Notes: generated by a model from the letters alone, not told the origin. DNA of 64,000 nt from Treponema sp. (GCA_017617115.1 JAFZXA010000080.1:7470-71469); one strand, 5' to 3'; positions 9,463 through 21,098 are shown, numbered from the stretch's first letter. Numbers and translations: made by a program.

Positions 9463-10514
9463 AAACAAAAGGCAAAGTTTTTCTCATAATTCTATGTATT
9501 CTGCTGCTTGCTCTTACTGCAGGAATTGTTTATGGACATTCACAAATTTCTCCTGTAAACAATAATGATGAAGAAACAGTACGCATAGAAGTTCAGAAGG
9601 GAGATTCTACCTATAAAATTGCACAAAAGCTTGAAGAAGCAGGTCTCATTAAAAATCAGAAATTCTTTTATTACTTTGTACGCTATCCAAAATTAATGAA
9701 GTTTTTTTATCCTAAAGAGCCGGTGCAGGAGCAGATTGTTCTTAAAAGCGGTATTTATCATCTGCAATACGGACTAAATTATGCACAGCTTGTTAATGCT
9801 TTAAGCTCAGGTCAACAGGAATATATAAAAGTTGCAATTCCAGAAGGAAAAACTATTTCGCAAATAGGCGAAATACTTGAAACAGCTGGCATTTGCCAGA
9901 AGGATGTTTTTAAGCAGACCTGTCATTCTCAAAAAATCCTGAACAAATATAATATCCCGGGAGAATCGGCAGAAGGATTTTTATTCCCTGAAACTTACTT
10001 TTTTACAACAGGAATGACAAGTGAAGAAGTTGCCGTTCTTATGATTGACACTTTCTTTGAAAAAATCAGCACAATTGAAGGTCTTTCGGAAAAAACACCG
10101 CAGGAGCTTTACAATATTGTAATACTTGCTTCAATTGTTGAGCGAGAATACAGGGTAGAAGAAGAAGCGCCTCTAATTGCAAGTGTTTTTACAAACAGAC
10201 TTAAAGAAAATATTGGCTTATATTCCTGTGCAACAATCGTTTACATAATAACAGAAATTGAAGGACGACCTCATCCCGATAGAGTTCTGCTTGAAGATAC
10301 TAAAATTGACAGCCCGTATAATACATACAAATGGGCAGGATTAACTCCAGGTCCAATTTCAAACCCTGGACTTGTTGCCTTAAGTGCAGCTGCTAATCCA
10401 CCAAAAACAAATTATTACTTTTTCCAGGTTTCTGATTCTTCGCAGGGAAAACATGTATTTACAAGTACCTTTGATGAACATAAAGCAAGCCATAATTTGA
10501 GTACAAAAAATTAA
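9459..10514 (+). CDS. mltG: endolytic transglycosylase MltG (YceG family)
   Basis: N-terminal TM, IPEG, EGFLFPETY, LASIVERE, SPYNTY..GL.PGPISNPG. Confidence 0.95.
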   Translation: MKTKGKVFLIILCILLLALTAGIVYGHSQISPVNNNDEETVRIEVQKGDSTYKIAQKLEEAGLIKNQKFFYYFVRYPKLMKFFYPKEPVQEQIVLKSGIYHLQYGLNYAQLVNALSSGQQEYIKVAIPEGKTISQIGEILETAGICQKDVFKQTCHSQKILNKYNIPGESAEGFLFPETYFFTTGMTSEEVAVLMIDTFFEKISTIEGLSEKTPQELYNIVILASIVEREYRVEEEAPLIASVFTNRLKENIGLYSCATIVYIITEIEGRPHPDRVLLEDTKIDSPYNTYKWAGLTPGPISNPGLVALSAAANPPKTNYYFFQVSDSSQGKHVFTSTFDEHKASHNLSTKN

Positions 10515-10538
10515 GGATTTTTATAGGTAAACATATTA

Positions 10539-12344
10539 ATGGCCGGATACATTTCGCAGGAAACAATTGAACAGGTTCGCAATCAGACCGACATAGCTTC
10601 GGTAATAGGGGATTATACTGTATTAAAATCGCGCGGACCAAATGATTTCTGGGGTTGCTGTCCTTTTCATGGCGAAAAAACACCTTCTTTTCACGTAGAT
10701 ACCGATAAAAAGTTTTATCACTGCTTTGGCTGTAATGTTTCTGGTGATGTAATTAAGTTTGTAATGGAAATTGAAAAGCTTTCGTATGTCGAAGCAATTG
10801 AAACCCTGGCAAAAAAATCGGGAATACCAATACGCTACAAAGAAGGCAGTGGTCCTGGAGAATACAAAAAAGACGACACAATTGAAAAAAACATTGAGCT
10901 TTATGAACGAACAGCCGGAATGTTTCATTATTTTTTAACTGAAACAGAGCAGGGAAAAAAAGCGCTTGATTATATAACAAAAAGAGGTTTGACCTTAGAA
11001 ACAATTCAAAAATTCAAGCTTGGCTATGCTCCCGCAGACCGCAAATGGCTTAAAAAGTTCCTGCTTGGTAAAAATTTCAGTGAGGATTTTTTAAATAAAT
11101 CGGGACTTTTCAGTCAAAACTATCCTGATTATTCCTTTTTTTCTGACAGGCTTATGTTCCCGATTTTCAATAGAAAAGGTCAGGTTGTTGCTTTTGGTGG
11201 TCGTGTAATTCCTCCGGCAGATGAATCACAACGAAAATATCTTAATTCCGGAGACCTGCCTCAATTTAAAAAACGCGAAACCTTATTTGGCTTTAATTTT
11301 GCAAAGAACTCAATCCGCGAAAAAAAATCAATTATCTTCTGCGAAGGAAATATGGATGTAATTGCATATCACCAGTGTGGTCTTGATTATGCCGTTGCAA
11401 CACTTGGAACAGCACTTACAGAAGAACATATAAAAATGATTTCTGGCTTTGTTGCAGGAGGAACTGTTTTTCTTTCATTTGATTCAGATGGAGCAGGACA
11501 GGAAGCAACCTGGAAAGCTATAAAGCTTTGCCGTGAACATGATTTAACAGTTAAAGTAATTCAACTCAAAGGCGGTAAAGATCCTGCCGAAATTATGCTT
11601 AAATTCGGTGCCGAAAACTTGACGATACAAGTACAAAACGCTATATTAGATAGTGACTATCTTTTGAATAAAGTAGGGAAAAAATACCCTGTTGACACGC
11701 CTGAAGGTAAAACAAAGGCTGCACTTGAGTTTTTTGCCTATATTGACGCTTTAAAGTCTGATATTCAGAAGGAGTCATGCCTTGAGCAAGTTGCTCAGGT
11801 ATTTAATCTGAAACCGGAGGCCGTAAAGAGGGACTTTTTAAATCGAAATCAAGCCCGAGAACGTATAACAATCCGGCAGAATAACAATGAACAAAATAAA
11901 GAGCAGGTTAATCTTGATGCAGAATTGCGTGGATTACTTGCCGTAACAGCCGATTTAGATCAATTCAAAACTTTACGTTCCAGCCTTAATGAAGAAGATT
12001 TCAAAAATCCCGACGCCCAAAAGTTATTCAGAATATATGAAGATTGCTATCAGAAGGGAGCGTTATCAATACCTGACATTATCGAAAGTTGCAGCGGAAC
12101 GGGCTTGGCTCAATATATAACCAATGCTTTATCGCTTGATGTTTATCAAAAAAAGAACTGCAGTGCCTATATTCAGGACACAATAAAGTTTATAAAGAAA
12201 AATAAAATTGATGAACAGCGCGAAGCATTAGTTAAACAAATCCGCGACTTTGTAATTGTTACAGACGATGACAAAAACCAGATGAACAGTCTTCTTACTC
12301 AAAAAATGGAGCTTGATAAACAGGCTCAATTATTAACAAAGTAG
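10539..12344 (+). CDS. dnaG: DNA primase
   Basis: CPFHGEKTPSF/HCFGC zinc finger, RLMFPI, KYLNS, EGNMD, FDSDGAG, KDPAE. Confidence 0.97.
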   Translation: MAGYISQETIEQVRNQTDIASVIGDYTVLKSRGPNDFWGCCPFHGEKTPSFHVDTDKKFYHCFGCNVSGDVIKFVMEIEKLSYVEAIETLAKKSGIPIRYKEGSGPGEYKKDDTIEKNIELYERTAGMFHYFLTETEQGKKALDYITKRGLTLETIQKFKLGYAPADRKWLKKFLLGKNFSEDFLNKSGLFSQNYPDYSFFSDRLMFPIFNRKGQVVAFGGRVIPPADESQRKYLNSGDLPQFKKRETLFGFNFAKNSIREKKSIIFCEGNMDVIAYHQCGLDYAVATLGTALTEEHIKMISGFVAGGTVFLSFDSDGAGQEATWKAIKLCREHDLTVKVIQLKGGKDPAEIMLKFGAENLTIQVQNAILDSDYLLNKVGKKYPVDTPEGKTKAALEFFAYIDALKSDIQKESCLEQVAQVFNLKPEAVKRDFLNRNQARERITIRQNNNEQNKEQVNLDAELRGLLAVTADLDQFKTLRSSLNEEDFKNPDAQKLFRIYEDCYQKGALSIPDIIESCSGTGLAQYITNALSLDVYQKKNCSAYIQDTIKFIKKNKIDEQREALVKQIRDFVIVTDDDKNQMNSLLTQKMELDKQAQLLTK

Positions 12345-12356
12345 GTGAAAAATCTT

Positions 12357-14213
12357 ATGGAAGAAACAAGCATTAACCCTGCTGTAAAAAAACTTCTGGA
12401 TTTTGCAAAAGATAAACCTTTTGTAACTTGGGACGAGGCAACAGATATCTTAGGACAAGATTTTGTAAACTCTCCCGATATGGAAAATGTCCTTAAATTC
12501 CTTAACGAAAACAATATTCAGCTTGTAGAAACAGATCTCATTACCGATGAAGATGCTGAACCAGACATGCCTGACGCTCAGGAAGAAGACATTACCGAAG
12601 ATGATGATGACATCATTCTGGACCAGGATGACGATGATGATGTTGAAGTAACAAATGATGAAATCAAAGAAATTGAAAACTTTGAAAAGGATTCCGAAAA
12701 CGCAAAATCACGTCTTGTAAACAGTGACAAGGATTCAAGCGTTGATGACCCGATCCGCCTTTATCTTCGCGAAATTGGTAAGGAAAATCTTCTTACTGCA
12801 GATCAGGAAGTTGAGCTTTCTAAACAGATGGAAGATGGAAACAACATTATTAAGGACGTTATCAAGGGTTCGGGCATTATGATTCCTGAATTCTATAACA
12901 TTGCACTTAAAGCTTTTACTAGAATTGATATTCACGAACCGGGAAAAACCCGTAAGGAACTCAATGAAGAAATGGCAGATAAACGCCGTCTTAAGAGTGC
13001 TTATGGTGAGCACATTAAGCCCGTTCTTGCCGAAATGAAGCAGTATGTTGCACTTAAAAAGCAGCTTTTTGAAGCAGAACAGTCAAGTACAATCTTTGAT
13101 AATGAACAGCTTGTAGCCCTGCGCAAAAAGATTCTTCCTGAACTTCAGAAAATTGACATTCAGACCGAAGAGCTTGAAAAGTTTACACAAAAATATCGCG
13201 AAGCAACTATAAAAATCGAAGAATATCATCTTAAACAGGAAAAAAAGATGAGAGAGCTTCAGATTACTAATCCTTCTGAACTTCGTAGTCTTGGTAAAAA
13301 GATTTCTATACGTTCCCAGGCTGCTAAAATTACAGAAAAGCTTCATATGAGCGCTGATGAAATCCGCGAGATTTATACTCAGATTCAAAAAATTGACCGT
13401 AAACTTCACAAGCTTGAATTTGATTACGAAAATAACGTTGAAGATATCATTAAAATGGCACAGGAAATTGAAAGCGGCCGTGTAATGATGGAAAGGGCAA
13501 AAAACAAGCTCATCAACGCCAACCTTCGACTTGTAGTTTCTATTGCAAAAAAATATACAAACCGTGGACTTCATTTCTTTGACCTTGTTCAGGAAGGAAA
13601 CATTGGTCTTATAAAGGCAGTAGAAAAATTTGAATACCGTAAAGGCTTTAAATTTTCTACATACGCTACCTGGTGGATTCGTCAGGCAATTACACGTTCA
13701 ATCAGCGACCAGGCAAGAACAATCCGTGTACCTGTGCACATGATTGAACAGATTAATAAGGTTGTTCGTGAAAGTCGCCAGCTTATGCAAAAGCTTGGAC
13801 GTGAACCAACAGATGACGAAATTGCACAGCAGCTTGGATGGCCTTTGAGCCGTGTTAAACAGGTTAAAAATGTTGCCCGTGAACCAATTTCTTTGGAAAC
13901 ACCTATTGGTGAAGAAGAAGATTCATTGCTCGGAGACTTCATTGAAGATAAGGTTGCAGATAATCCTGCCACTCAAACAGAAAAGAAGCTTCTGGAAGAG
14001 CAGGTTTCTACAGTTCTTGCAACTCTGCCTGAACGTGAACAGGAAGTTCTTAAGATGCGCTTTGGTCTTAAAGACGGATATTCTCTTACTTTGGAAGAAG
14101 TTGGTCTTTATTTCGAAGTAACTCGAGAACGTATCCGACAGATCGAAGCTAAGGCATTACGCCGACTTCGCCACCCGCGCCGTGCTAATGGGCTTAGGGA
14201 TTATATGGAGTAA
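12357..14213 (+). CDS. rpoD: RNA polymerase primary sigma factor
   Basis: [57 protein letters not shown]; ATG 12357 follows AGGTGA. Confidence 0.98.
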   Translation: MEETSINPAVKKLLDFAKDKPFVTWDEATDILGQDFVNSPDMENVLKFLNENNIQLVETDLITDEDAEPDMPDAQEEDITEDDDDIILDQDDDDDVEVTNDEIKEIENFEKDSENAKSRLVNSDKDSSVDDPIRLYLREIGKENLLTADQEVELSKQMEDGNNIIKDVIKGSGIMIPEFYNIALKAFTRIDIHEPGKTRKELNEEMADKRRLKSAYGEHIKPVLAEMKQYVALKKQLFEAEQSSTIFDNEQLVALRKKILPELQKIDIQTEELEKFTQKYREATIKIEEYHLKQEKKMRELQITNPSELRSLGKKISIRSQAAKITEKLHMSADEIREIYTQIQKIDRKLHKLEFDYENNVEDIIKMAQEIESGRVMMERAKNKLINANLRLVVSIAKKYTNRGLHFFDLVQEGNIGLIKAVEKFEYRKGFKFSTYATWWIRQAITRSISDQARTIRVPVHMIEQINKVVRESRQLMQKLGREPTDDEIAQQLGWPLSRVKQVKNVAREPISLETPIGEEEDSLLGDFIEDKVADNPATQTEKKLLEEQVSTVLATLPEREQEVLKMRFGLKDGYSLTLEEVGLYFEVTRERIRQIEAKALRRLRHPRRANGLRDYME

Positions 14214-14242
14214 TGTCATTACCGTGTCAGACACGGCAATCT
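14214..14242. repeat. family-A REP-like palindrome (TGTCA...TCT)
   Basis: TGTCATTACCGTGTCAGACACGGCAATCT directly after rpoD stop; 25/29 identical to the reverse complement of 45421-45449. Confidence 0.85.
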
Positions 14243-14301
14243 ATAGACTAAAAAAAAATTATTATATATAATTTTATGATATTTTATTTGAGGAAACCTT
14301 A

Positions 14302-15243
14302 ATGGCAACACAAGACATTTTTGAAAAATTAAAGAAATTACAGACAATTCTTGTAAAAAAATACGAACTGGAACAGAAAAAAGAAGAAGCACCTAAGCAG
14401 CTTGGTTCTCAGGAAGAACTTCTTGCCAGAATGAAGAAAGAATACATCGAAAAAAATAATGAATATGAAGATGTAAAAACAAAGGTTGGACAGTTAAAGC
14501 TTGAGCTTGATGAAGCAGTAAAATCACGCGAAAAGGGTGAAAAGGGAATGGATGACATTCAGACTCACCGTGAATATGAAGCTCTTGAAAAACAGATTTC
14601 TGAAGCAACCGAAAAAGAAAATGAAGTTCGCAAAGAACTTCAGAAAGAAGAAAAACTTCTTGAAGAAATCAAAGAAACATTAAAAATCAATGAAGATATG
14701 ATTGCTTCACAGGAAAGTGACCTTGCATCTTCAAAAGATTCTTTAAATAAAGAGCTTTCAAGCTATGATTCAGAACTTACAAAGCTTAAAAAAGATGAAG
14801 ATAAAATTACTCCTGACCTTGATCAGGAAATTCTTTTCAAGTTCCAGAGAATCATTCAGCGCAATTCAGAAGGTATTGTTGCAGTAAGAAACGGTGTTTG
14901 TACAGGTTGTCATATGATTCTTCCTGCACAGTTTGCAAACCTTGTTCGCGAAGGCGATTCAATAAACTTCTGTCCATACTGCAGCCGCATTCTTTTCTAC
15001 GAAGAATCTGGAGACGAAGATACATACAATTCATACTTTAGTCTTGAAGAAGCCGGAAGCCTTACAGATCTTGATGACGATTTTGGTGATGAAGAAGGTT
15101 ACGACGAAGACGAAAGAGAAGAAAAGCTTTACGAAGATAATGAAGAGCTAGAAAACGAAGAAGACGAAGACCTCGACGAAGATGCAGAAGAAGCAGAAGA
15201 CGAAGAGGATGATGAACGCTCTGAAGAAGAGGAAGAAGAATAA
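14302..15243 (+). CDS. coiled-coil C4 zinc-ribbon protein (CT398/DUF164-like) with acidic tail
   Basis: long coiled coil, CTGCHM...CPYCSRIL, D/E-rich C-terminus; position after rpoD typical of spirochaetes. Confidence 0.88.
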   Translation: MATQDIFEKLKKLQTILVKKYELEQKKEEAPKQLGSQEELLARMKKEYIEKNNEYEDVKTKVGQLKLELDEAVKSREKGEKGMDDIQTHREYEALEKQISEATEKENEVRKELQKEEKLLEEIKETLKINEDMIASQESDLASSKDSLNKELSSYDSELTKLKKDEDKITPDLDQEILFKFQRIIQRNSEGIVAVRNGVCTGCHMILPAQFANLVREGDSINFCPYCSRILFYEESGDEDTYNSYFSLEEAGSLTDLDDDFGDEEGYDEDEREEKLYEDNEELENEEDEDLDEDAEEAEDEEDDERSEEEEEE

Positions 15244-15265
15244 GCTTCCTTGTTATAATTTTTGT

Positions 15266-15670
15266 AAACAAACGGGATATTACCGCGTAAGTTTATCCTG
15301 ATGATAAGATAAAATTATGAGATAAAGTCCGGGCTCCTTCGGAAAAAATGCCGGATAAGAACCGGGCGTCTAATGGCAGCTGCATAATTTCTTGCATAGC
15401 CCATTCAGACGACAGATAGTGCAGCAGAAAGTAAACCGCCTTGAAAAAGGTAAGGGTGAAAAGGTGGTGTAAGAGACCACCGGTTATCTGGTAACAGATA
15501 ATGCGGGTAAACCTCATTTGGAGCAAGGCCAAGCAGCAGTTTGTTATTCCGAGCTTATACTGCGGGTAGGCCGCTAAAGCTTTCTGGTAACAGAAAGTTC
15601 GGATAGATGGTAATTACATAAGACCTCTGGTTTTATGCAGACAGAACCCGGCTTATTGTCCCGTTTGTTT
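15266..15670 (+). ncRNA. rnpB: RNase P RNA (type A)
   Basis: P1 AAACAAACGGGATA/TGTCCCGTTTGTTT; AAAGTCCGGGC; AGTGCAGCAGAAA; GGGTGAAAAGGTGGTGTAAGAG; GGTAAAC; GAGCAAG; ACAGAACCCGGCTTA; extended -10 TGTTATAAT at 15251-15259. Confidence 0.95.
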
Positions 15671-15681
15671 ATTTTATTAAA

Positions 15682-16632
15682 ATGAAAAACAAAAGCGAAC
15701 AGACAAAAAATTTTGCAAAAAGAAAGAATCACATATTACGAAACTCTCTGATAGTTTCTGGCATTCTTCTCTTTATCGCTGCTATAGCATGTCTTGGAAT
15801 CTTTCTAGTAAAAAACTACAACAAAAATAAAATAACAATCAAAACAATTAAACAATCCTGGACACAAAATGATTATAAAAGTGTTTATGAGCAGGGAAAA
15901 GTTTTTCTTCAGGACAAACCTTATAACAATACAGTTCTTACATATTATGGTTATGCCTGTTTTTATCTTGCTATTTCACAGATAGACACATATCAAACCC
16001 AGGAATATCTTGATGAATGTATAAACAATCTGCGTCTTGCAATGTACGAGGCAAGTAATTCTTTATTACCACAGCTTCAATATATGCTTGGAAAAGCATA
16101 TTTTTATAAAAATACAATTACCACCTATTACTATGCCGACCTTGCAATAAAATATCTTACACTTGCCAAAAATAACGGCTATGAAGCAGATGATATTGCA
16201 GAATATCTTGGTCTTTCGTATGCATCACTTGGACAAACCTACGAAAGCATTTCTGCATTTACAGAAGCACTGCTTGTTCGTGAATCAGATTTTTTACTTC
16301 TTAGTATTGCAGAGCAGTATTATAAAGCTAATGAAACTGGAGCTGCACAGCAGTATCTTTTTAGAATTATAAACAACAGTTTCAATGATGAAATTATTCT
16401 TAAAAGCCGTCTGCTTTTAGGAAATATTTATATAGACATTGATGAGCTTGATAATGCAAAAGAACAGTTTGACCTTGTCTTACAAAAAGACGACAACTCA
16501 GCTGATGCACATTACGGACTAGGATTAATATATGAAAAGCAGGAAAATCTTGTTTCGGCAAGGGCGGAATGGAGGAAAGCACGAAAAATTCAGCCAAATC
16601 ATGCAGGTGCAGTAAAAAAATTGTCTGAATAA
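15682..16632 (+). CDS. membrane-anchored tetratricopeptide repeat protein
   Basis: N-terminal TM, TPR patterns (LGNIY, AHYGLGLIYEK, ARAEWRKA). Confidence 0.88.
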   Translation: MKNKSEQTKNFAKRKNHILRNSLIVSGILLFIAAIACLGIFLVKNYNKNKITIKTIKQSWTQNDYKSVYEQGKVFLQDKPYNNTVLTYYGYACFYLAISQIDTYQTQEYLDECINNLRLAMYEASNSLLPQLQYMLGKAYFYKNTITTYYYADLAIKYLTLAKNNGYEADDIAEYLGLSYASLGQTYESISAFTEALLVRESDFLLLSIAEQYYKANETGAAQQYLFRIINNSFNDEIILKSRLLLGNIYIDIDELDNAKEQFDLVLQKDDNSADAHYGLGLIYEKQENLVSARAEWRKARKIQPNHAGAVKKLSE

Positions 16633-16731
16633 TGCTATTTATATAAGAATATTCTTTATTATTTTTTAATATAGTTGTATAATATATTAATTATAAAAAA
16701 ATAAATCGCAAAAAATCATGGGAGGATTTTG

Positions 16732-17769
16732 ATGGGATTTTTTGACAAATTTTCTACCGATATTGGTATCGATCTTGGTACTTGTAATACCCTCATATAT
16801 GTAAAAGATAAAGGTATGGTTGTTGATGAACCTTCTGTTATTGCCGTTGAACGCGGTACTAAAAAAACAGTTGCAGTTGGTTCCGAAGCTAAACGAATGC
16901 TTGACCGTACACCTGGAAATATTATAGCTATTAGACCTCTGGCTGATGGTGTTATTGCTGACATTGACAGCACAGAAAAAATGATAAAATACTTCATTCA
17001 AAAGATTATCCCACGCCATCAGATGTTCAAATCAATCAGAATGAAAATTGGTATTCCTTCCTGCGTAACTGATGTTGAACGACGAGCACTTATTGAAGCA
17101 GCCCTTAAATCTGGTGCAAAGGAAGTTGAAGTAATTCCTGAATCACTTGCTGCCGCTATTGGTGCAAAAATTCCTATTTATGAACCAGCCGGACACATGG
17201 TCTGCGATATTGGTGGTGGTACAACAGAAGTTTCTGTAATTTCACTTGGCGGTATGGTTGTTACACATTCAATTCGTGTTGGCGGTGACAAGTTTGATGA
17301 AGCAATTGTAAAGCATGTAAGAAGCGTACATAACCTTATAATCGGACAGCCTGCTGCAGAACGCCTTAAGATTCAGATTGGTAATGCAGCCCCAGAAAAA
17401 ACAATTGAAAAAATGGAATTAAAGGGTACCGATGCCATTACAGGTCTTCCACGCCGTCTTGAAATAGACAGTGTAGAGGTTCGTGAAGCACTTAAAGATC
17501 CTGTAAACAAAATTGTTGATGAAATTAAGATTGTATTAAGCGAAACTCCTCCAGAGCTTGCAAGTGATATTATTGAACGCGGTATTGTAATGACCGGTGG
17601 TGGTTCAATGCTGCGAGAACTTCCAAGATTAATTTCAAAAGAAACAGGTGTACCTGTAATTCTTGTAGAAAAACCTCTTGAATGTGTAGCTCTTGGAGCC
17701 GGAGAAGCTTTCAGTCTCTTTAAGAATATGTCTTCTGAACGTTCAATTTACGACAGCCTTAACGAATAG
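16732..17769 (+). CDS. mreB: rod shape-determining actin homologue MreB
   Basis: [40 protein letters not shown]. Confidence 0.97.
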   Translation: MGFFDKFSTDIGIDLGTCNTLIYVKDKGMVVDEPSVIAVERGTKKTVAVGSEAKRMLDRTPGNIIAIRPLADGVIADIDSTEKMIKYFIQKIIPRHQMFKSIRMKIGIPSCVTDVERRALIEAALKSGAKEVEVIPESLAAAIGAKIPIYEPAGHMVCDIGGGTTEVSVISLGGMVVTHSIRVGGDKFDEAIVKHVRSVHNLIIGQPAAERLKIQIGNAAPEKTIEKMELKGTDAITGLPRRLEIDSVEVREALKDPVNKIVDEIKIVLSETPPELASDIIERGIVMTGGGSMLRELPRLISKETGVPVILVEKPLECVALGAGEAFSLFKNMSSERSIYDSLNE

Positions 17770-17798
17770 TACAAAAGTACTTAACAAAAGGTCTTAAT

Positions 17799-18665
17799 AT
17801 GTCTGAAAAAAAGAACAGTTTCAAGTTTAGGTTTCCAGAATTTCTTCTCATTGGACTTTTACTGGTTTCGAATGTTATATTAAATTTCAGTGGCGGCGGA
17901 TTTATATTAAATCTTAAAAAAATCGGTTTTTCTGCAATTTCCACAGTTGAAAAAGGAGTTCATTTTGTAACAAACGGAATAGCCGAAACATTTTCTGCCG
18001 TTAAAGAACTCAAACAGTTAAAAAAAGACTATAACGACCTTGTAATAAAACTTGAAAACTATGAAAAAATGCAGCGTACAAATGCAGACATTCGAAAAGA
18101 AAATGAAAGACTTAAAGAACAACTTGACTTTGCTATTTCTTTAGATGAACAAAATTTTCCGGCACAAATAATCTCCCGTGATTTTGATAATGTTTATACG
18201 TACCTTACAATTGATAAGGGAAGTATAAACGGAATTAAAAAGAATATGCCGGTAATTGCTTATCAAAATGGAAACAGTGGTCTTGTTGGAAAAGTTGTTC
18301 AGGTTGGAACATTTACAAGTCAGATTATGCCTGTTTATAACTTAAACTATATTGTTTCAGCCAGAATACAAAACTCCCGTGATTTAGGACTTGTAAACGG
18401 AACTGGAAGCCAGGACAAGCCTCTTTTACTTCAATACATCCGAAAAAATGTTGCAAGTGATCTCTCTTACGGAGACATTATTGTAACGTCCGGTGAAAAT
18501 GACAACTATCTTAAAGATATACCTATTGGAACTATTTCCAAAATTATAAGTCTTGACTATAACTCATCATTAAATATTGAGCTTATTCCAATTATTGATT
18601 TTTCAAGGCTGGAAAATGTTGTTGTAATAAACCAGAAACAGCTTAACGACAGGCGGGGAGAATAA
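17799..18665 (+). CDS. mreC: rod shape-determining protein MreC
   Basis: TM, coiled coil (ENERLKEQL), IDKGSINGIKKNMPV, GLVGKV, GDIIVTSG, PIG. Confidence 0.95.
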   Translation: MSEKKNSFKFRFPEFLLIGLLLVSNVILNFSGGGFILNLKKIGFSAISTVEKGVHFVTNGIAETFSAVKELKQLKKDYNDLVIKLENYEKMQRTNADIRKENERLKEQLDFAISLDEQNFPAQIISRDFDNVYTYLTIDKGSINGIKKNMPVIAYQNGNSGLVGKVVQVGTFTSQIMPVYNLNYIVSARIQNSRDLGLVNGTGSQDKPLLLQYIRKNVASDLSYGDIIVTSGENDNYLKDIPIGTISKIISLDYNSSLNIELIPIIDFSRLENVVVINQKQLNDRRGE

Positions 18666-18668
18666 AAA

Positions 18669-19193
18669 ATGGTAAAATCAATGCTCATAACCACACTTAT
18701 TCTTTTTTCTGCAACAATTATTGAATCATCTATTCTTTCAAATATAAATTTTCTTCTAGTAGTTCCAGACCTTGTTCTTATTTGCTGTATTTATGTTTCA
18801 CTTTTGAACGGGAAGGTTTACGGCGAAATCTCTGGTTTTATTTCTGGTATTTTTCTTGATTTTATAACTGGAGTTCCGCTTGGATTAAACTGTGTATACC
18901 GTACAATAATCGGTTATATTGCAGGCTTTTTTTCAAATACAATAATCATTACCGGAATTGTTATTCCTATGACTTCTGTTGGAATAGCGACTTTATCTAA
19001 AAAACTTTTACTTTTTTTAATATCCTTGTTTTTTCCAAAACTCAATCTAAATAATTACAGCATTATTTCCTATTATTTTCTTTTTGAATTTTGTGCAAAT
19101 ATAATTCTGGCACCTATAGTATTTAAATTCCTGTCATTTTTCAGGCGTCAGCTTTCAATTCATGACACAAAGGATATGATAGACAATAATTAA
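18669..19193 (+). CDS. mreD: rod shape-determining protein MreD
   Basis: hydrophobic, PDLVLI, GFISGIFLD; between mreC and mrdA. Confidence 0.92.
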   Translation: MVKSMLITTLILFSATIIESSILSNINFLLVVPDLVLICCIYVSLLNGKVYGEISGFISGIFLDFITGVPLGLNCVYRTIIGYIAGFFSNTIIITGIVIPMTSVGIATLSKKLLLFLISLFFPKLNLNNYSIISYYFLFEFCANIILAPIVFKFLSFFRRQLSIHDTKDMIDNN

Positions 19194-19197
19194 AGCT

Positions 19198-21081
19198 ATG
19201 GGTAATAATATTTCAAAATCGGGAAAAGTAATAATTCTCTTTTTTATAACCTGTTCTGCTTTTGTAATTTATATTCTACGACTTTTTTCAATGCAAATAA
19301 CGAATGGCGAAGAATATAAGATTCAGTCACGTACAATTTCAAGTCAGATTAGTACCTTACCGGCTTCACGAGGTGAAATATATGATCGCAATGCCGATAT
19401 GCCTTTAGTTATTAATAACGATTCTTTTGCGGTTGAAGTCACACCAGGCGAAATACCTGCATCAAAGTACGATACTGTAATGGTAAAGCTTGCCGGCTAT
19501 CTTGGTATTCCAAAATCTCAAATAGATGAAAAGATTCCAAAAAATGTAAGACGTTCTTATTCTTCAATTCAAATAAAAACAAATGTGCCTTTCAATATAA
19601 TTTCAAATATTGCCGAAAACAAATCTGACCTTCCGGGTATTTCCTGGGTTTCAAAACCTGTAAGAAACTATGCATATACAACTCTTTCACTTTCACATAT
19701 CATTGGTTATGTAGGCGATATTGATAAGGACGAAATGACAGTTCTGTATAATAAAGGTTATACAAATACAAGTGTTGTTGGAAAAACTGGAATAGAAAAA
19801 CAATATGATGAACTTCTTCAGGGAAAATCTGGACGCGAACTTGCAACAGTTGATGTTCATGGCCGAATTATTTCTGATGAACCAATTGTTGAACCTCCCG
19901 AAATGGGAAAAAAGCTTGTGCTTACAATTGATTCAAGAGTTCAAAAGCTTGTTGAAGATTCTTTAGGTGAACGTGTAGGTGCAAGCGTAGTTCTAAAACC
20001 TGCTACTGGTGAAATACTTGCAATGGTTTCTTATCCAAACTTTGATTCAAACCTTTTTACTTCTGATGATGCAGGAAATCTTTATTCAAAGCTCCTAAAC
20101 GATTCATCAAAACCTCTTATAAACCGTGCAGTTCAAATTTCATATCCGCCGGCATCTACTTTTAAAATTGTTATGAGTGCCGCCATGCTTCAGGAAAAAG
20201 CTTTTCCTTCTTCTAAAACAATTGAATGTAAGGGAAGTATGTTTTATGGTGGACGAACTTTCCATTGTCACGTACATACTGGTCACGGCTGGCTTGATCT
20301 TAAAAATGCAATGGCTCAGTCATGCGATATTTATTACTGGACAATTGGACGCGATTATCTTGGTATAGAAAAAATTGCTTCTTACGCAAAGGAATTTGGT
20401 TTTGGTCAGAGCACACAGATAGACCTGCCAAGTCAGGTTTCGGGTCTTGTACCAACAGCAGAATGGAAACAGAAAAAATATCACGAAAAATGGGTTGGTG
20501 GAGATACAATGTCTGTTTCTATTGGACAAGGTTATATGGAAGCAACACCTCTTCAGCTTGCAAATATGATTGCAATGGTAAGTAATGAAGGAGTCATATA
20601 TAAACCTCATCTTCTAAAAGAAGTCCGCGATCCTGTAACTGACGAAGTTATTCAGGAAGTAAAACCTTCTGTTCTTACAGAATCTACAATCGATAATGCA
20701 GTTTGGAAAGAAATACAGGCAGCTCTTCGTTATACAGTCACAGATGGTACTCCGCAATATCCTATGAATAATAAAATTGTAAAGATTGCCTGTAAAACTG
20801 GTACTGCCGAAGTTGAACCTTACAGTAATCCTAACAGGAAAAATGACCAGAGCTGGCACTCATGGCTCGTTGCGTATGCACCTTATGATGCTCCTCCAGA
20901 AGACAGAATCTGTGTAGCAACAATTGTTGAAGCCTGCAATACATGGGAATGGTGGGCTCCATATTGTACAAACTGTATTATTCAAGGATATTTTGCAAAC
21001 CAGACCTTCGACGAAGCAATTCATGAGCTTGGTTTTGCTTATTTGTTAGAGCAGCATAACAGCCAGGGCCGTATGGAATAA
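19198..21081 (+). CDS. mrdA: penicillin-binding protein 2
   Basis: RGEIYDRN, GKTGIEKQY, YPPASTFK (SxxK), SCD, KTGT. Confidence 0.95.
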   Translation: MGNNISKSGKVIILFFITCSAFVIYILRLFSMQITNGEEYKIQSRTISSQISTLPASRGEIYDRNADMPLVINNDSFAVEVTPGEIPASKYDTVMVKLAGYLGIPKSQIDEKIPKNVRRSYSSIQIKTNVPFNIISNIAENKSDLPGISWVSKPVRNYAYTTLSLSHIIGYVGDIDKDEMTVLYNKGYTNTSVVGKTGIEKQYDELLQGKSGRELATVDVHGRIISDEPIVEPPEMGKKLVLTIDSRVQKLVEDSLGERVGASVVLKPATGEILAMVSYPNFDSNLFTSDDAGNLYSKLLNDSSKPLINRAVQISYPPASTFKIVMSAAMLQEKAFPSSKTIECKGSMFYGGRTFHCHVHTGHGWLDLKNAMAQSCDIYYWTIGRDYLGIEKIASYAKEFGFGQSTQIDLPSQVSGLVPTAEWKQKKYHEKWVGGDTMSVSIGQGYMEATPLQLANMIAMVSNEGVIYKPHLLKEVRDPVTDEVIQEVKPSVLTESTIDNAVWKEIQAALRYTVTDGTPQYPMNNKIVKIACKTGTAEVEPYSNPNRKNDQSWHSWLVAYAPYDAPPEDRICVATIVEACNTWEWWAPYCTNCIIQGYFANQTFDEAIHELGFAYLLEQHNSQGRME

Positions 21082-21098
21082 AGGTGAGGAAGGCAGCT

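Noticed and set aside
15060-15243. GAA/GAC-rich low-complexity tract
   Set aside because: Explained by the acidic tail of the zinc-ribbon protein; not a DNA repeat array.
15293-15532. 79-aa ORF on - strand
   Set aside because: Antisense to RNase P RNA.
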